From contig NC_068988.1 of the NCBI RefSeq assembly GCF_001194135.2, positions 94,797,932 to 94,861,931 of the forward strand: a stretch of DNA of 64,000 nt. Reading direction: 5' to 3'. The notes beneath the pieces were generated by a model, which made no database searches, had not been told where the DNA came from, and was given only the letters and a program-made list of their open reading frames with translations. The position numbers and the translations under genes are program-made. Below are positions 26,618 to 40,470 of the stretch, one piece after another; position 1 is the first letter of the stretch, and the number at the start of each line of letters is the position of its first letter. The stretch comes from Octopus bimaculoides (Eukaryota).

Positions 26618-27695
26618 GTCACCACCTTTATCACGAGCCACCGCCACCACCACCATCACTCATCGCCACCTTACCATCACATACTACACCTCCGCCACCA
26701 CTACTACCACCATACTCGCCACTAAACATGCAAATCACTAGCAACACACGCACACACACACACACCACTACCACCACCACCACCACAGCTTCATCTCCAA
26801 TACCACTACCACCATTAACATGACCACCACCGCAGCCACTACCTTATTATTTCATACGACACCACCACCACCAACACCACCACCACCACCAACACCNNNN
26901 NNNNNNNNNNNNNNNNNNNNNNNNNNNNNNNNNNNNNNNNNNNNNNNNNNNNNNNNNNNNNNNNNNNNNNNNNNNNNNNNNNNNNNNNNNNNNNNNNNNN
27001 NNNNNNNNNNNNNNNNNNNNNNNNNNNNNNNNNNNNNNNNNNNNNNNNACCACCACCACCACTACCACCACCACCACCACTACCACCACCACCACCACCA
27101 CCACCGCAACCATAGACAATGTTTGTTGTAAGTTTTATGTATTGGTCCTGTCTTCATAACTACCAACCAGTCTGTCGGAGTTTTCAACATTATAATGACA
27201 ACGCCGTGACAAAACCCGACGGGATTCCCCTAAATGGCTATTTTCTCTGATTTATAGCGCCACTAGTGAGGATTTCTTAGATTTCACTCATCATCTTCTT
27301 CTTCTTGTTATTGTTGCCGCTACCTTTTTCTTATTTATTCATTTACTTAGGCTTTATTTTGTTATTTATTTCTGTTCTTTTTTTTTCTTTCTTTTTTTGT
27401 TGCAATTTCCTTCACTTTTGCTATTGTCGGCATCTCTTCCCTCTTCTGTAAGTCAAATATATTTATATGTATGTATGTATGTGCGTACGTATTATGGACG
27501 TATGTATGTACGGATATATGCATATTTGTATGTATGTATATATGTATATTTGTATGTATGTATATATGTATATAAGTAGCTATATTTATACACAGGCATA
27601 TATGTGTGTATATATGTATATATATATATATGTATATATGTGTGTATGAATGTATGAATGCATGTATGAATGTAAGTATATATGTATATATATGC

Positions 27696-27737
<42 letters not shown>

Positions 27738-27832
27738 GTATATTTGTATCATACAAATATATATATATCCGTATATGTACGCATACATGTATATATGGTT
27801 TATGTATGTATCGTCGTGTGCGTGTGTGTGTG

Positions 27833-27870
<38 letters not shown>

Positions 27871-28080
27871 CGTGTGTGTGTGTTTTCTATTGTGTATTAA
27901 CACATTAGCAACATTAGGATTTCTAACGAGCTGAATTACATTGAATTTCATTGTGAGCGTATATCCATAAACATGTGTGTGTGTATGTGTGTGTATGAGT
28001 GTGTATGAGTGTGGCTATAGTGTGTGTGTGTGTGTGTGTGTGAGTGTATGTATGGTTTTATGTCTACGTATATGTATGTA
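26575..28080. repeat. (TAC)n/(CAC)n and (TA/TG/TATG)n microsatellite fields
   Basis: Direct reading. Confidence 0.85.
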
Positions 28081-29140
28081 AATATCGATTACTAGTGACG
28101 CTGGTCAGCTTTACTTACCTATTCACCTGTTTATATACCTACATACATATTTATAGATAGTCCCATTGGAAAACACATCCTACAGATACCGAACACTGCA
28201 TCAATCATGTCAAATGTCTTAAGTAGCACCTCGTTTCGCTCGTAACAGTGTGGAAATAAGATGTGTTTTCGCTAAAATATATCTCCTTTATTTAAGACCA
28301 AGTATTAAAGCATTTTGGCGCATATTTACGACCGAGTCCATTGTCCTTGGGATATTTTTGACGTTATTGTTGTTGTTTTTCTTTTACTGTCTACGTTAGT
28401 CATAAGTATGGTGTGGTAACGTCCATGATTCTTTTTCTTTTTTCTTTTTTTTTTTTTGCATCTNNNNNNNNNNGATTCTTTTTCTTTTTTCTTTTTTTTT
28501 TTTGCATCTTCTTCAGCATTGGTCAGATCGTGATACTTGATATTCACGTTCGTCCTCAGCAATTCGACGTTTGTTGTAAAACGTGTTCCGAAAAAGGAAT
28601 TTCAGGTTATTGTTCTGGAAGAGCTGGGTTTTTGTGCGCGATGCGCAAGGTGATGAGAGAATAACAGAAATGAACGCGGGAACCAGAGATGTGTCGATAC
28701 GACCGCGCAGAAGGAGTACAGGGATAACTGGTTCCGATATGCAGAGGAGACTCGTTTACTGTACTTAAAACCGTCGGAGTAGATATGGAAGAGATTGATA
28801 GAAAACAACCCACTTCATTTTTAGGAGATTCTATTAGGAATATACGACTGAGCTATTCTTTGATAATCAATTAGACGGCTTCCGTTTGATCTAAGATATT
28901 TCTGCTTATAGCTGCAGTTCAGTGTCTCTTATTTGAGCTGTATCTTACGTGGATCTTGTCTATTTGGAAACCCAGCCAGTGATCAGGGCAAAATGGGAAC
29001 GCTGTTCTTTGTAGAAGTACAAATCGGGTGTTTAGGTTGCATGGGTAGTGAAAATTGTTAAGTTAAAAATGGTACCATCTGCCGAGTATGTGTGATGTTA
29101 GATGGGGCAATAAAAAAATTGCCTAATTTAACACAAGAAA

Positions 29141-29349
29141 TATTCTTTTCTACTCTAGGCACAAGGCCCACAATTTTTGGGGAGGTGTGTGCAGTCGATT
29201 AGATCGACCCCAGTACGCAACTGGTACTTATTTTATCGACTCCGAAAGGAATAGTCGGCCGCGGTAGAATTTGAACTCAGAACGTAGCGACAGACGAAAT
29301 ACAGCTAAGCATTTCGCCCGGTGTGCTAACGCTTCTGCCAGCTCACCGC
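29141..29349 (-). mobile_element. SINE family A, full length
   Basis: Family blocks present. Confidence 0.9.
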
Positions 29350-29350
29350 A

Positions 29351-29422
29351 TGGCTATGGGGGTCCACTAGAATAAAATAGCAGCCAAAGGGGTCCATAGA
29401 TAAAGAATGGTTGAGAACCTTG
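29351..29422. mobile_element. Single end of a hAT/Charlie-type non-autonomous DNA transposon
   Basis: 'ggggtccatagataaagaatggttgagaaccttg' (reverse complement CAAGGTTCTCAACC, like the Charlie TIR CAGGGGTTCTCAAC), followed by 'gtctagct', resembling the NTCTAGAN target. The other end was not found. Confidence 0.55.
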
Positions 29423-29597
29423 GTCTAGCTAAACTAATAGGCTTTCGAATTATATTTGTCCGGATCACCATCGTTGATCAATTACAGTGTCAAATTCTTT
29501 CGGGTGATGAATTGTCGGAAACTAAAGTATTTTCATTTATTCCGAACAAACGAATTCTGAGATGTAAATTTCTTTGTAGGTCGTTTAAGTTGCTATG

Positions 29598-29995
29598 AAA
29601 TATTGGTTTCAAATTTTGGCCCAAAGTCAGCAATTTCGGGGGAAGGAATAAGTCAATTACATGAACTCCAATGCTCAACTGCTACTTATTTTATTGACCC
29701 CCGAAAGGATTGAAAGGCGAAGTCGACCCCAACAGCATTTGAACCGTCAACGTAAAGACGGACGAAATACTGCTAAGCATTTTCCACCCTTTGGTTACGA
29801 TGAAATATTGGTTTCAAACACAAGGGCAGCAATTTCAGGGAAGAGGTTAAATCGATTACATTGACCCCATTGTTCAACTGGTACTTATTTTTCAAACCCA
29901 AAATGATGAAAGCAAAGCCGACCTCGGTGGTATTTGAACTCAGAACGGACCAAATACCGGTTGTCTTTTGCCCGGTGTGCTAACGATTCCAACAG
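29598..29995 (-). mobile_element. Two older SINE family A copies in tandem (29598-29785, 29800-29995)
   Basis: Both show a 'aatattggtttcaaa..gcaatttc..ggaag..' tail variant and the central block. Confidence 0.8.
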
Positions 29996-30984
29996 ATCGT
30001 CACTTTTGGTTAACCATGAAATATTAACTGAGAGAATACAAACCGAAGAGATTGTCATTTCGCGTTGCTCGGATTGCCAAAACAGAAACCAAATTTCAAT
30101 CAAAACACTCTCCACCGTCTTAAAAATAAACAAAAGAAAATAGATTGGTCATTACTTGAATGCTTCAGAACATAGACCGACTCGATATGTATTAACAGGT
30201 GGGCCACAGCCCACACGAAGGTGGCCACTGGGGGAATGGATGCTGCTATTTATAGATTTCGAAACTTATTTTCTAAAACACCTCCGAATTTGAAGAATTT
30301 AAGGGCCATTAAGCAGTGGATGTCTTTTAGATGGTGCTGGTGCCGTTTTTTTTATTATTTGTTTTGTTTACAGAAGCAATGCTAAGTTTGGAAAATAGGG
30401 CGGACAGGGGGATTGCTTTTGCACGTAAGATATATACATGAGGGACAGGGCCTGATGTAAAGGAGAAAAAAGGAGGGGATATAAGGAAAAGAAGTTGCTG
30501 ATCCTTTAGATCCTCAATCAGAGATCTTATAACCAAGTATTTGTAAAGTGTTAGCTGTTATTGTTAAGTATTAATATGTTATACTTAATGATGCTGGGTT
30601 ATCTTAAACTATAATGTCTAAAGTGATTGGCAACACTTTCTTGGGATGAGAAATAACAGATAAGAAGATGTTTAATGTATTTGTAGTTTTGTGTTGTTGT
30701 TGTTGTTGTTGTATTCTGGTTCTGTGTTCATGGAAGACGTAAATAGACGGGAGAAAATGTCATAAAAATCACAATGCAGAACTGGAAGCGCGAAATGAAG
30801 GCAGTTACATGAGAGAAAAGAAGGCATTTATTTATCTAATAATTTGCCTATAAAAATAGAGATAGAGAAAAATAGAGAGGGAGATAGATAGGTAGATAGA
30901 GAGAGAAGGAGAGAAAGAGAGAGGGTGTGAGAGAGTATTTTGATATGTATAAATTTATCTTTGTACTTATGTACATAAGAAGGC

Positions 30985-30985
<1 letters not shown>

Positions 30986-31040
<55 letters not shown>

Positions 31041-31041
31041 T

Positions 31042-31127
<86 letters not shown>
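30986..31127. repeat. (GATA)n microsatellite
   Basis: Direct reading. Confidence 0.95.
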
Positions 31128-31701
31128 CAAAGTGGGAGAGAGTTGAAGAGAAGAACAAAAATAAATGTGTGAATGTGCATTTATTGTAAGAGAGATGATG
31201 AACGATTGAGGAAAAGAGAGGAGAGAGTGATTAGAATCAAAGTAGAAGATGCAAAGCCCCATCTTGTCCTGTTGTTTTGATGGAGTAGTTACGAGCGCTA
31301 AATCAGCCACTTACCACTTGATGTGACATGCCGTTTTAACTGGTCATAAAATCTAATATATAGAAGCAGCCTTTTACGCCTGGTCAGGCACGTGTTTTCT
31401 GGCTAGCTTTTACACCTCACCTCTTCAGTCAAATCTACCCATTCGCTCGTTGATCGCCTCTTCAAGCTATCAGCGCAAGAAAGAGATTTCTTTAGTTTCT
31501 TTGACGTTCTCTTTTCTATTGGAACAGCAACAACTGCTCCTCCATAAAATTCACAGTATCTGCTAGGCGTTCACCCACCACAAGCAAAAGGTTTGGGGTA
31601 TAACAGATGAATCAATGAAGATGGAATGAGAAGAGAGTGAGAGTGAGAGTGAGAGAGAGAAGGAGAGTGAGAAGGGGAGAGAAATGAAAAAGGTTAAGTA
31701 A

Positions 31702-31732
<31 letters not shown>

Positions 31733-31915
31733 TTGGACAATGAAACACCTGTGAATGCATTAATGACGTCCCAAAATGGAAATTGAAGTCAGAAGCGCAA
31801 CGTTTTATGAACAGAAATGAAATGATAGCGTATAGAAACATGAAAACAACCAACATTGGACCACTTCCTTCCATGTGTGTGTGTGTGTGTGTGTACATAT
31901 ACACGCATACATGTG

Positions 31916-31969
<54 letters not shown>

Positions 31970-33722
31970 TACGTATATACATGTATATATATACACGTAT
32001 ATGTACGTATANNNNNNNNNNNNNNNNNNNNNNNNNNNNNNNNNNNNNNNNNNNNNNNNNNNNNNNNNNNNNNNNNNNNNNNNNNNNNNNNNNNNNNNNN
32101 NNNNNNNNNNNNNNNNNNNNNNNNNNNNNNNNNNNNNNNNNNNNNTATATATACATCTATATATAGAAAGTGGGAGAGAGATCGAGAGAGAGATAAACAG
32201 ATAGATATAAATACATATGTACATATACACATTCGTTTACATGCGTGTATGTAGATAAATAATGTGTGTGACATGTGTGTACAGTGTGATAGGAGAGATA
32301 AATAGATACGTACAAACGTACATATAGATCTAAATATACACACAACCACACACTAAAATACGTATACATATATACACACATATTACGAGTGTGTGTGTGT
32401 GTGTGTAACAGAAAATATATGCGTATATACGTATATACGTGTAATAGTGTGTTTAAGGGACAATTATTTTGTTTTCGATCTTTTACATACTGAAAACACG
32501 ACTGTGTTCTATTTTCTTTCCTATTTTCCTTTTAATCAAGCCTCTGTCGTAGCTTTATCTGATTTCTTTACAGTTTAATTCGCACAGTAATATTCCGAAA
32601 TCCATCATCAACGCCTGGAGACCATCATATAAAACTGTCAAAAATTACTCCCGAATTATAATTCAGTGGAAGTTTTTCTCTTTCTTCCCTTTATAGCTGC
32701 TTCTATTAAAATATCTCATTCTGACATATGTTTTTCTCACAGTCTAAAAGAGAAATTTAAACAGCTCTTTACGAAATAAATTTATATCAATATATAATTA
32801 GACAGTATTTGACGTGCTTAATTTTGTCCAGGTAGACGTAGTGAGTTCATAAAAACAGCCCCGACTACGGGTAATGAACTTCAGTTAAATACCCCCTTTA
32901 TAGACCCACACAGGATAAAGTATAGATATTAGAGCTATATAAATCAAAGACATATACAACCACACATTTTGAGGATGTCTCCATTAAGGGATACCCCGCT
33001 GATTTTCTTCAATTCAAATGTACCTCTCTCCCTTTTATCCTGACATGTATATTAGAAGAGGAAGTGAACGAATACAGGATCACACTGACATACGCGCCAC
33101 ACGCGCATACATATACATACACACATATACACACAAACGCACACGTACATACACACATACATACAAATATATACAAATACACATAGAGAGAGACAGAGAC
33201 AGAGAACGAGATAAAGATGTATAAATATATCAACATACAGTTATATATATATANNNNNNNNNNNNNNNNNNNNNNNNNNNNNNNNNNNNNNNNNNNNNNN
33301 NNNNNNNNNNNNNNNNNNNNNNNNNNNNNNNNNNNNNNNNNNNNNNNNNNNNNNNNNNNNNNNNNNNNNNNNNNNNNNNNNNNNNNNNNNNNNNNNNNNN
33401 NNNNNNNNNNNNNNNNNNNNNNNNNNNNNNNNNNNNNNNNNNNNNNNNNNNNNNNNNNNNNNNNNNNNNNNNNNNNNNNNNNNNNNNNNNNNNNNNNNNN
33501 NNNNNNNNNNNNNNNNNNNNNNNNNNNNNNNNNNNNNNNNNNNNNNNNNNNNNNNNNNNNNNNNNNNNNNNNNNNNNNNNNNNNNNNNNNNNNNNNNNNN
33601 NNNNNNNNNNNNNNNNATATACATATATATATATATATTAATACATATATAGATACATATATATTTAAGAATATATATACATATATTTAAGGAGAGAAAG
33701 AGAGAGAGAGAAATGATAGATG

Positions 33723-33788
<66 letters not shown>

Positions 33789-34065
33789 TAATACATATCA
33801 CTAATAGCAAACATAATTTCGGGTATATGCTCTTCCGCATAATCGACTTTCACCTGTTACCTGTAATGTCTCAGCCTACATGTAGATCGATGAACGCAAT
33901 GTCTAATTTTTCTTTCAACTTACTGTTAGTTTTGTATCCAATCAACTATTCGTTCGTTATGCAAATTGTAAGAATAGATAGATAGCAGATGGACAGACAG
34001 ACAGATAGAGACATACAGACAGACCACTAGATAGATAAACAGACAGATAAATATATATATATATG

Positions 34066-34109
<44 letters not shown>

Positions 34110-35317
34110 CAAACATATATATAAATAAATACGTACATACATGCAATACATGTACACACATGCATACATGTACACATATATGCATACATAATATATACAT
34201 ACGGAAAAAGTCTAGTCGCTTTTTTAGCGGCCGGCTTGAATCCTCTTTAGAAGAACGTAAATAAAAGTCAAAGAAGAATCATACATACATATGTATGTCT
34301 TTCACCAACACAAAAGCATGAACTCAAATCCTATTAAGTATAATTATTTATTCAATTAATCCGTATGCTGCTATCGGTAATTCTGAATAGCATCACAGTA
34401 CATACGCTTGCAAAGTTAATTAATTTATTCAAAGTGCATTAATTCAGTCTTTGATTGACAGTGAAAATTTAATAAAGTGGTTACCGCCACTTTAATCTAC
34501 GTTCGCAGCGCATTCTCTGCTATGGGAATTAGACTAATTTGTTGAACTAAGTCCTACTTTTTATCCATTCTAAATAGCTTTAGACGAATAATCTCACCGT
34601 AAAGAAAAGTTGCATGTAGTTTCTTCGATGCGTAACTAACAAGATCAGATATTGGTCAGCCTATCCCATTTTTGGGGGCCACGAAACATAATTGCCAAAT
34701 TGGGTGGTTTGTCCGAGCGTAGGACAATATACGTTTGAGTTCCCTTCAACACAGACACACGTTGTAGCTGGAACAAGGAAGATGCGTTCTTGTTTGTCTC
34801 CTGTTCTAGCTTGATTTACGCGTTCGCCACCACAACCTCGTTTAGGCTTAGCAGCCCTTCCTGTTTGTTTTCACTGTTCCGTTTGTGTTACCAATTTTGA
34901 CCCTCCGCAAAATCCCAAATTTTATTTAATTTGCTTTGCAGTAGCAACCGTTTTATCGAAAGCGTATCTTGTTGTTAAATGCTTGAAATACGAGACTAGA
35001 AAAACAGCCAACAACTAATGAAGGGTTGTTCTTTATGTTGTTTGTTTTGGTCTCCATTTGTGTCATTCGTTGTTTGAAAGAATAGTCCCTGTTCCATGTA
35101 CTCGCGCNNNNNNNNNNNNNNNNNNNNNNNNNNNNNNNNNNNNNNNNNNNNNNNNNNNNNNNNNNNNNNNNNNNNNNNNNNNNNNNNNNNNNNNNNNNNN
35201 NNNNNNNNNNNNNNNNNNNNNNNNNNNNNNNNNNNNNNNNNNNNNNNNNNNNNNNNNNNNNNNNNNNNNNNNNNNNNNNNNNNNNNNNNNNNNNNNNNNN
35301 ATATATTATTTATATAT

Positions 35318-35539
35318 GGCGGCGAGCTAGCAGAATCGTTAACACACCAGGCGAAATGCTTAGCGGTATTTCGTCTGTCTTTATGTTCTGAGTACAAACT
35401 CCGCCGAGGTCGACTCTGCCTTTCATCCTTTTGGGGTCGATTAAATAAGTACCAGTTACTCACTGGGGTCGATGTAATCGACTTAAACCCTTTGTTTGTC
35501 CTTGTTTGTCCCTTCTATGTTTAGCCCCCTGTGGACAAT

Positions 35540-35544
<5 letters not shown>
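35318..35544 (+). mobile_element. SINE family A, subfamily with 'cttaaaccctttgt..gtttagccccctgtg' tail
   Basis: A-box-like 'agctagcagaa', B-box-like 'gagtacaaactcc' and central block. Confidence 0.9.
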
Positions 35545-35576
<32 letters not shown>

Positions 35577-36449
35577 CACACAGATATATATAAACATATC
35601 ACATAACTGAATCTAGTATGAATTGAAAGTAGGGGTACAAAACCTTATGTTCTCTGCAATGTGATATGAGCTAAATTTAGCTACTATTTCAGGACATCAT
35701 CGGGTGACTATATCCACTGTTAGCTCGATACGTTCCACTGATAAGTGAGACAAAAATAATGGTGTCCATTTATCAAATTAAATATTTTAAAACGTGGTGT
35801 GAGAGAAAGCAGTTTTGACTACTCTTTCTAGCATTTTGAGCTACTCCATGGAGGTTCTTTCATTGACTCGCTAGTTTTGCGGGAATTTTTTAATTTTTAT
35901 TTTTCATTATAAAGGCCAAATTGTATTCTCATGTCCATAGAAGTGATTGTGTCTGAAAATGGTATTTGGTAATTTCAAAACTGTATAAGTTGTTTTGTGT
36001 CAGCATGTATTTATTGAACGATTAATTGTGACCGATATAATCTGAAAAGAAATTATGAAACAAAACCTAAAATTTAAGTGAACAAAGAGCAAAAAAACAA
36101 GAGCAACAATTCGCATATTTGTATAATTGTATATTAAAATACTTACTCATCTGTTCTCACCTATTGTTCCACCAGGTGGCTATAGTAAGCCGGGCAACAG
36201 AAAGAAAGAATATTATTCTCTCACGGTAATGTTGATTTCTCAAATTATTCCTACCTTACTTGCTAAACAAGATTCATGAGTATTATATACGGCATCTCCA
36301 TAGTTTTTCAGGCTTTGATAAAGATAAGAACTTTTGTTTCAGATCTCATTCTTTTGTTTCTAATGTAAAAAAAAAATCTGAATAAATAGAAATCTATCCG
36401 TCACATTTCTGCCCGACTTTCTGGCCAATTATAACGTAAATATTTTGCT

Positions 36450-36640
36450 CAAATAGTTTCAGAAATTACAAATAAATTTTGACATATTTTTCAGTTTTAA
36501 AAAGAAATGATTCTGCGTGAAACCAATAAAGAGGATCGAGTTCTCTTCTTTAGGTGCTTCTGTGAACATAGGAAATAAATCTTCGTCAAATACCAGTCTA
36601 CGTTTAAGAAAAAGGAGCAAAGAGGATAGTGTAGTCCTGG
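36450..36640 (-). mobile_element. Possible relic of a MULE-associated OTU-like protease domain
   Basis: The minus strand reads LFLKRRLVFDEDLFPMFTEAPKEENSILFIGFTQNHFFLKLK, resembling the 'FP..P......I.IGF..NHF..L.L' His-box pattern of Mutator-associated OTU domains (recalled pattern, not searched). Confidence 0.3.
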
Positions 36641-36857
36641 CTGGACTACATCAGAAGATTAAGACAAGGTCATTACTGCAATACTGGCAAAATATTTATA
36701 TTAAATAAACATGAATACCTCAGATAATATCTTATGAATCTCTTATACAATTCATATCATATTTTTGTAATTGGACAACAAATTCTATATATATTATATT
36801 ATATTATATTATATTATATTATATTATATTATATATATATATATATATATATATTGG

Positions 36858-36927
<70 letters not shown>

Positions 36928-36944
36928 CATAGATACATAGATAC

Positions 36945-37015
<71 letters not shown>
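36858..37015. repeat. (GATA)n microsatellite
   Basis: Direct reading. Confidence 0.95.
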
Positions 37016-38009
37016 TCAGTATAATATATATATGGTGATTGTTTCATCATGACAAGCCGTCCTATCAACACATACAACACATACCTTTGCCATTCGGAAT
37101 GCTTTATTGTCTTACAAGATTTGTGATATATGACACAAGTCTTGAGAGACGGTTGGTGTCCAAGATCATTACATATCTAGGCATTACGATTTTCATGTGA
37201 CTTCATATGATTCACATATATCTATATATACATACATGCATATGCGCGCGCGGAGCGAGGTGTACCATAAAAGCACTTGTATTTATACCGTTGGCACTTG
37301 GGAACCGTCTGCTACGACCGCCGGAACTAGTAAATCACGTGATGTCGCTCTATTTTGAACAACTCCAGTGACAGACATCCGGTCACGTCATAACAGCCGA
37401 ATCTCCCATCTGCAATGGCCTGTCAAGCACTGATGTCGCTAATAGCCAGTGGGCTTATTAGAAAACAATTAATAAAGACAAGTAGTTTTAATACCAAACT
37501 GTAATCTTTATCTCCAGCTTAACGTGGACGTTGTGTTAAGACACAGAACACTGCGTTCTTTACCTTGAGAAGATCTTTCGTAAGAGATTAGATTTCATAT
37601 ATTATTAAATTTCTGTTTAACAGAAATTATTCTTTCATGTTAGCATTCGTATGTATTTTAATCATTAGTCATTAGTCATTACAATTGTTTACTTATAAAT
37701 GAAAATAAAGAAAGCCAGTACATCAGATCACCAGAACAACATCGTTGCATCAACCGTCCTACTCTAAATATACACACAAAATTCACTCTTTGCATATACA
37801 ATTTATGCAAGGAAGCCACTGGACAAAATAATATTTAATTGGCGAGTAAAAGGTAAGCATCGAAGTAAAGATATACTGTGCCTTTTTTTTTTATTATTTT
37901 TTTTTATTTTTTTTAGAAAAAGTGTTAAATAGAAATCCATAAATTAAGCCCCAGTAACAGGAAGTAATAAACAAGCGAGAAAGAAATTGCCGAAGCGACC
38001 TCAACATTA

Positions 38010-38290
38010 GTTCCGGAATTCATCTAAGGCTAAGACCATGTGTCATAATTCAGGATTACAACACATAAATACACTACAACGCAATTTCTTTTCCTCAACA
38101 GATCCTGCCTTATTTAGCATTGTCCAAAAACTAATCAAAGAGGAAAAAGATGACATTACATTTAAACAGAATCTGGGCAAATTTCTTCAAGGGATACCAG
38201 GTAAGCTACCTACCCTTGGATACAACTCACTCAACAAGAACTCCCTACTCGAATGGACCATGATACCACAAAACGAAACGGACGAATCTT
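38010..38290 (+). mobile_element. CR1/L2-group LINE 3' end fragment
   Basis: NFFSSTDPALFSIVQKLIKEEKDDITFKQNLGKFLQGIPGKLPTLGYNSLNKNSLLEW fits the '..F...GP.LFN.LP..I......FK..LD.FL..IPD.P...GY....NSL' C-terminal pattern. Confidence 0.75.
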
Positions 38291-39636
38291 TGCTCGAAAT
38301 ATACCCAAGTTATATATATAATTTATTAATGAGGGTAGAAATTGATATTAATCAATTAAAACCAGTGGTCTAGCATATTAAAAAAATCCGAAGATTAAAA
38401 TTATATTACATACAAAAATATGGTCATGCTGGTCATTCCTCTTATTTTTGTATGCAAGTTATATATATATATATATATNNNNNNNNNNNNNNNNNNNNNN
38501 NNNNNNNNNNNNNNNNNNNNNNNNNNNNNNNNNNNNNNNNNNNNNNNNNNNNNNNNNNNNNNNNNNNNNNNNNNNNNNNNNNNNNNNNNNNNNNNNNNNN
38601 NNNNNNNNNNNNNNNNNNNNNNNNNNNNNNNNNNNNNNNNNNNNNNNNNNNNNNNNNNNNNNNNNNNNNNNNNNNNNNNNNNNNNNNNNNNNNNNNNNNN
38701 NNNNNNNNNNNNNNNNNNNNNNNNNNNNNNNNNNNNNNNNNNNNNNNNNNNNNNNNNNNNNNNNNNNNNNNNNNNNNNNNNNNNNNNNNNNNNNNNNNNN
38801 NNNNNNNNNNNNNNNNNNNNNNNNNNNNNNNNNNNNNNNNNNNNNNNNNNNNNNNNNNNNNNNNNNNNNNNNNNNNNNNNNNNNNNNNNNNNNNNNNNNN
38901 NNNNNNNNNNNNNNNNNNNNNNNNNNNNNNNNNNNNNNNNNNNNNNNNNNNNNNNNNNNNNNNNNNNNNNNNNNNNNNNNNNNNNNNNNNNNNNNNNNNN
39001 NNNNNNNNNNNNNNNNNNNNNNNNNNNNNNNNNNNNNNNNNNNNNNNNNNNNNNNNNNNNNNNNNNNNNNNNNNNNNNNNNNNNNNNNNNNNNNNNNNNN
39101 NNNNNNNNNNNNNNNNNNNNNNNNNNNNNNNNNNNNNNNNNNNNNNNNNNNNNNNNNNNNNNNNNNNNNNNNNNNNNNNNNNNNNNNNNNNNNNNNNNNN
39201 NNNNNNNNNNNNNNNNNNNNNNNNNNNNNNNNNNNNNNNNNNNNNNNNNNNNNTATATATATATGTATGTATGTATATATAATTTACCAGTGCAACATTT
39301 ATTAACCTATCAAGTACATCTATGATTATAGGTAGACATGTACACCAGTGTATGTAAGGAATATCAGAAGTGAACATTTACATAAAGAAACTTGAAGACT
39401 TCAGAAATAAATCAAGATATGATAGTTTTCTTTGATCATTCAGATTTATAGTCAACTAAATCAATATCCAGAATAATCGAACATGTTCGAACATATATAC
39501 AGCCAGCAGTTATTGCCGTTTTGCCTGGGAACATGAAATGACCAAAGCAATATGCTACTGTACAACCGTTGCATAGGCTTCGAGTTCAAATTAGCGTACA
39601 ACTATCCCTGGCGTATTTCAATATTATACTAAGGTA

Positions 39637-39871
39637 AGGTCGGCGAGCTGGCAGAATCGTTTGCACGCCTGGCGAAATGCTTAGCGGTATTTCGTCTGTC
39701 TTTACGTTCTGAGTTCAAACTCCGCCGGGGTCGACTTTGCCTTTCATCCTTTCAGGGTCGATAAATTAAGCACCAGTTACGCATTGAGGTCGATATAATC
39801 GACTTAAACCCTTTGTCTGTCTTTGTTTGTCCCCTCTATGTTTAGCCCCCTGTGATCAATAAAGAAATAAG
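39637..39871 (+). mobile_element. SINE family A, full length with target-site duplication
   Basis: Flanked by tattatact-aagg (39622-39634) and tattatacttaagg (39872-39885). Confidence 0.92.
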
Positions 39872-40470
39872 TATTATACTTAAGGAATACCGATGTGTCT
39901 GCTGGGGTTGTCGTTAGGCATGGATCAACTAGGATGGAACAGTAAAACGGTCTGCAGCTTCCATCCAAATATTTCCATAATTACCAGTTGACTCCTGGGG
40001 TCTATATAATCGACTTACCCCACCATGCACATACACATACACACTGCCCAGAAATTGCTACCTTTTTGCCAAAATTCAAAATCATCATTAGTTTCTATAT
40101 GCATTTATCGTCATTTCTTTTACAGTTACTGTATATTCCATAACTGCCATACAAATCCTGATGGTGTTTGCTTAGCCACTATATTGGCAGTAGATTGGAC
40201 AAGTTTAGTCCATGTGAACTTCTAGACTTTACAGTAGCAGACACACAATTCCTTGTAAACACAGTGTTCGATAATGTTCACAAAGTTGGCGCTGTTTCCA
40301 ATTCATGTTTGAATATATTTCTACGTATGCATCGTCGGGGCACACCACAAGATGGGTTTTACACCATTTTATTGAATTCAATTGAATTCAGGTACGTGAT
40401 GCTGATAAGCTACAAAAATGGCGAGGCATTCATGTCCGTCACCACTCCTATTCACATACATATATATATA

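Noticed and set aside
28425-28515. Direct repeat 'attctttttc..ttttgcatct' on each side of a 10-N gap
   Set aside because: Typical overlap artefact at a nominal-size gap.
31395-31435. CTGAAGA..GAAA on the minus strand
   Set aside because: No 10.1-11.1 pair, no stem II and no NUH/helix I.
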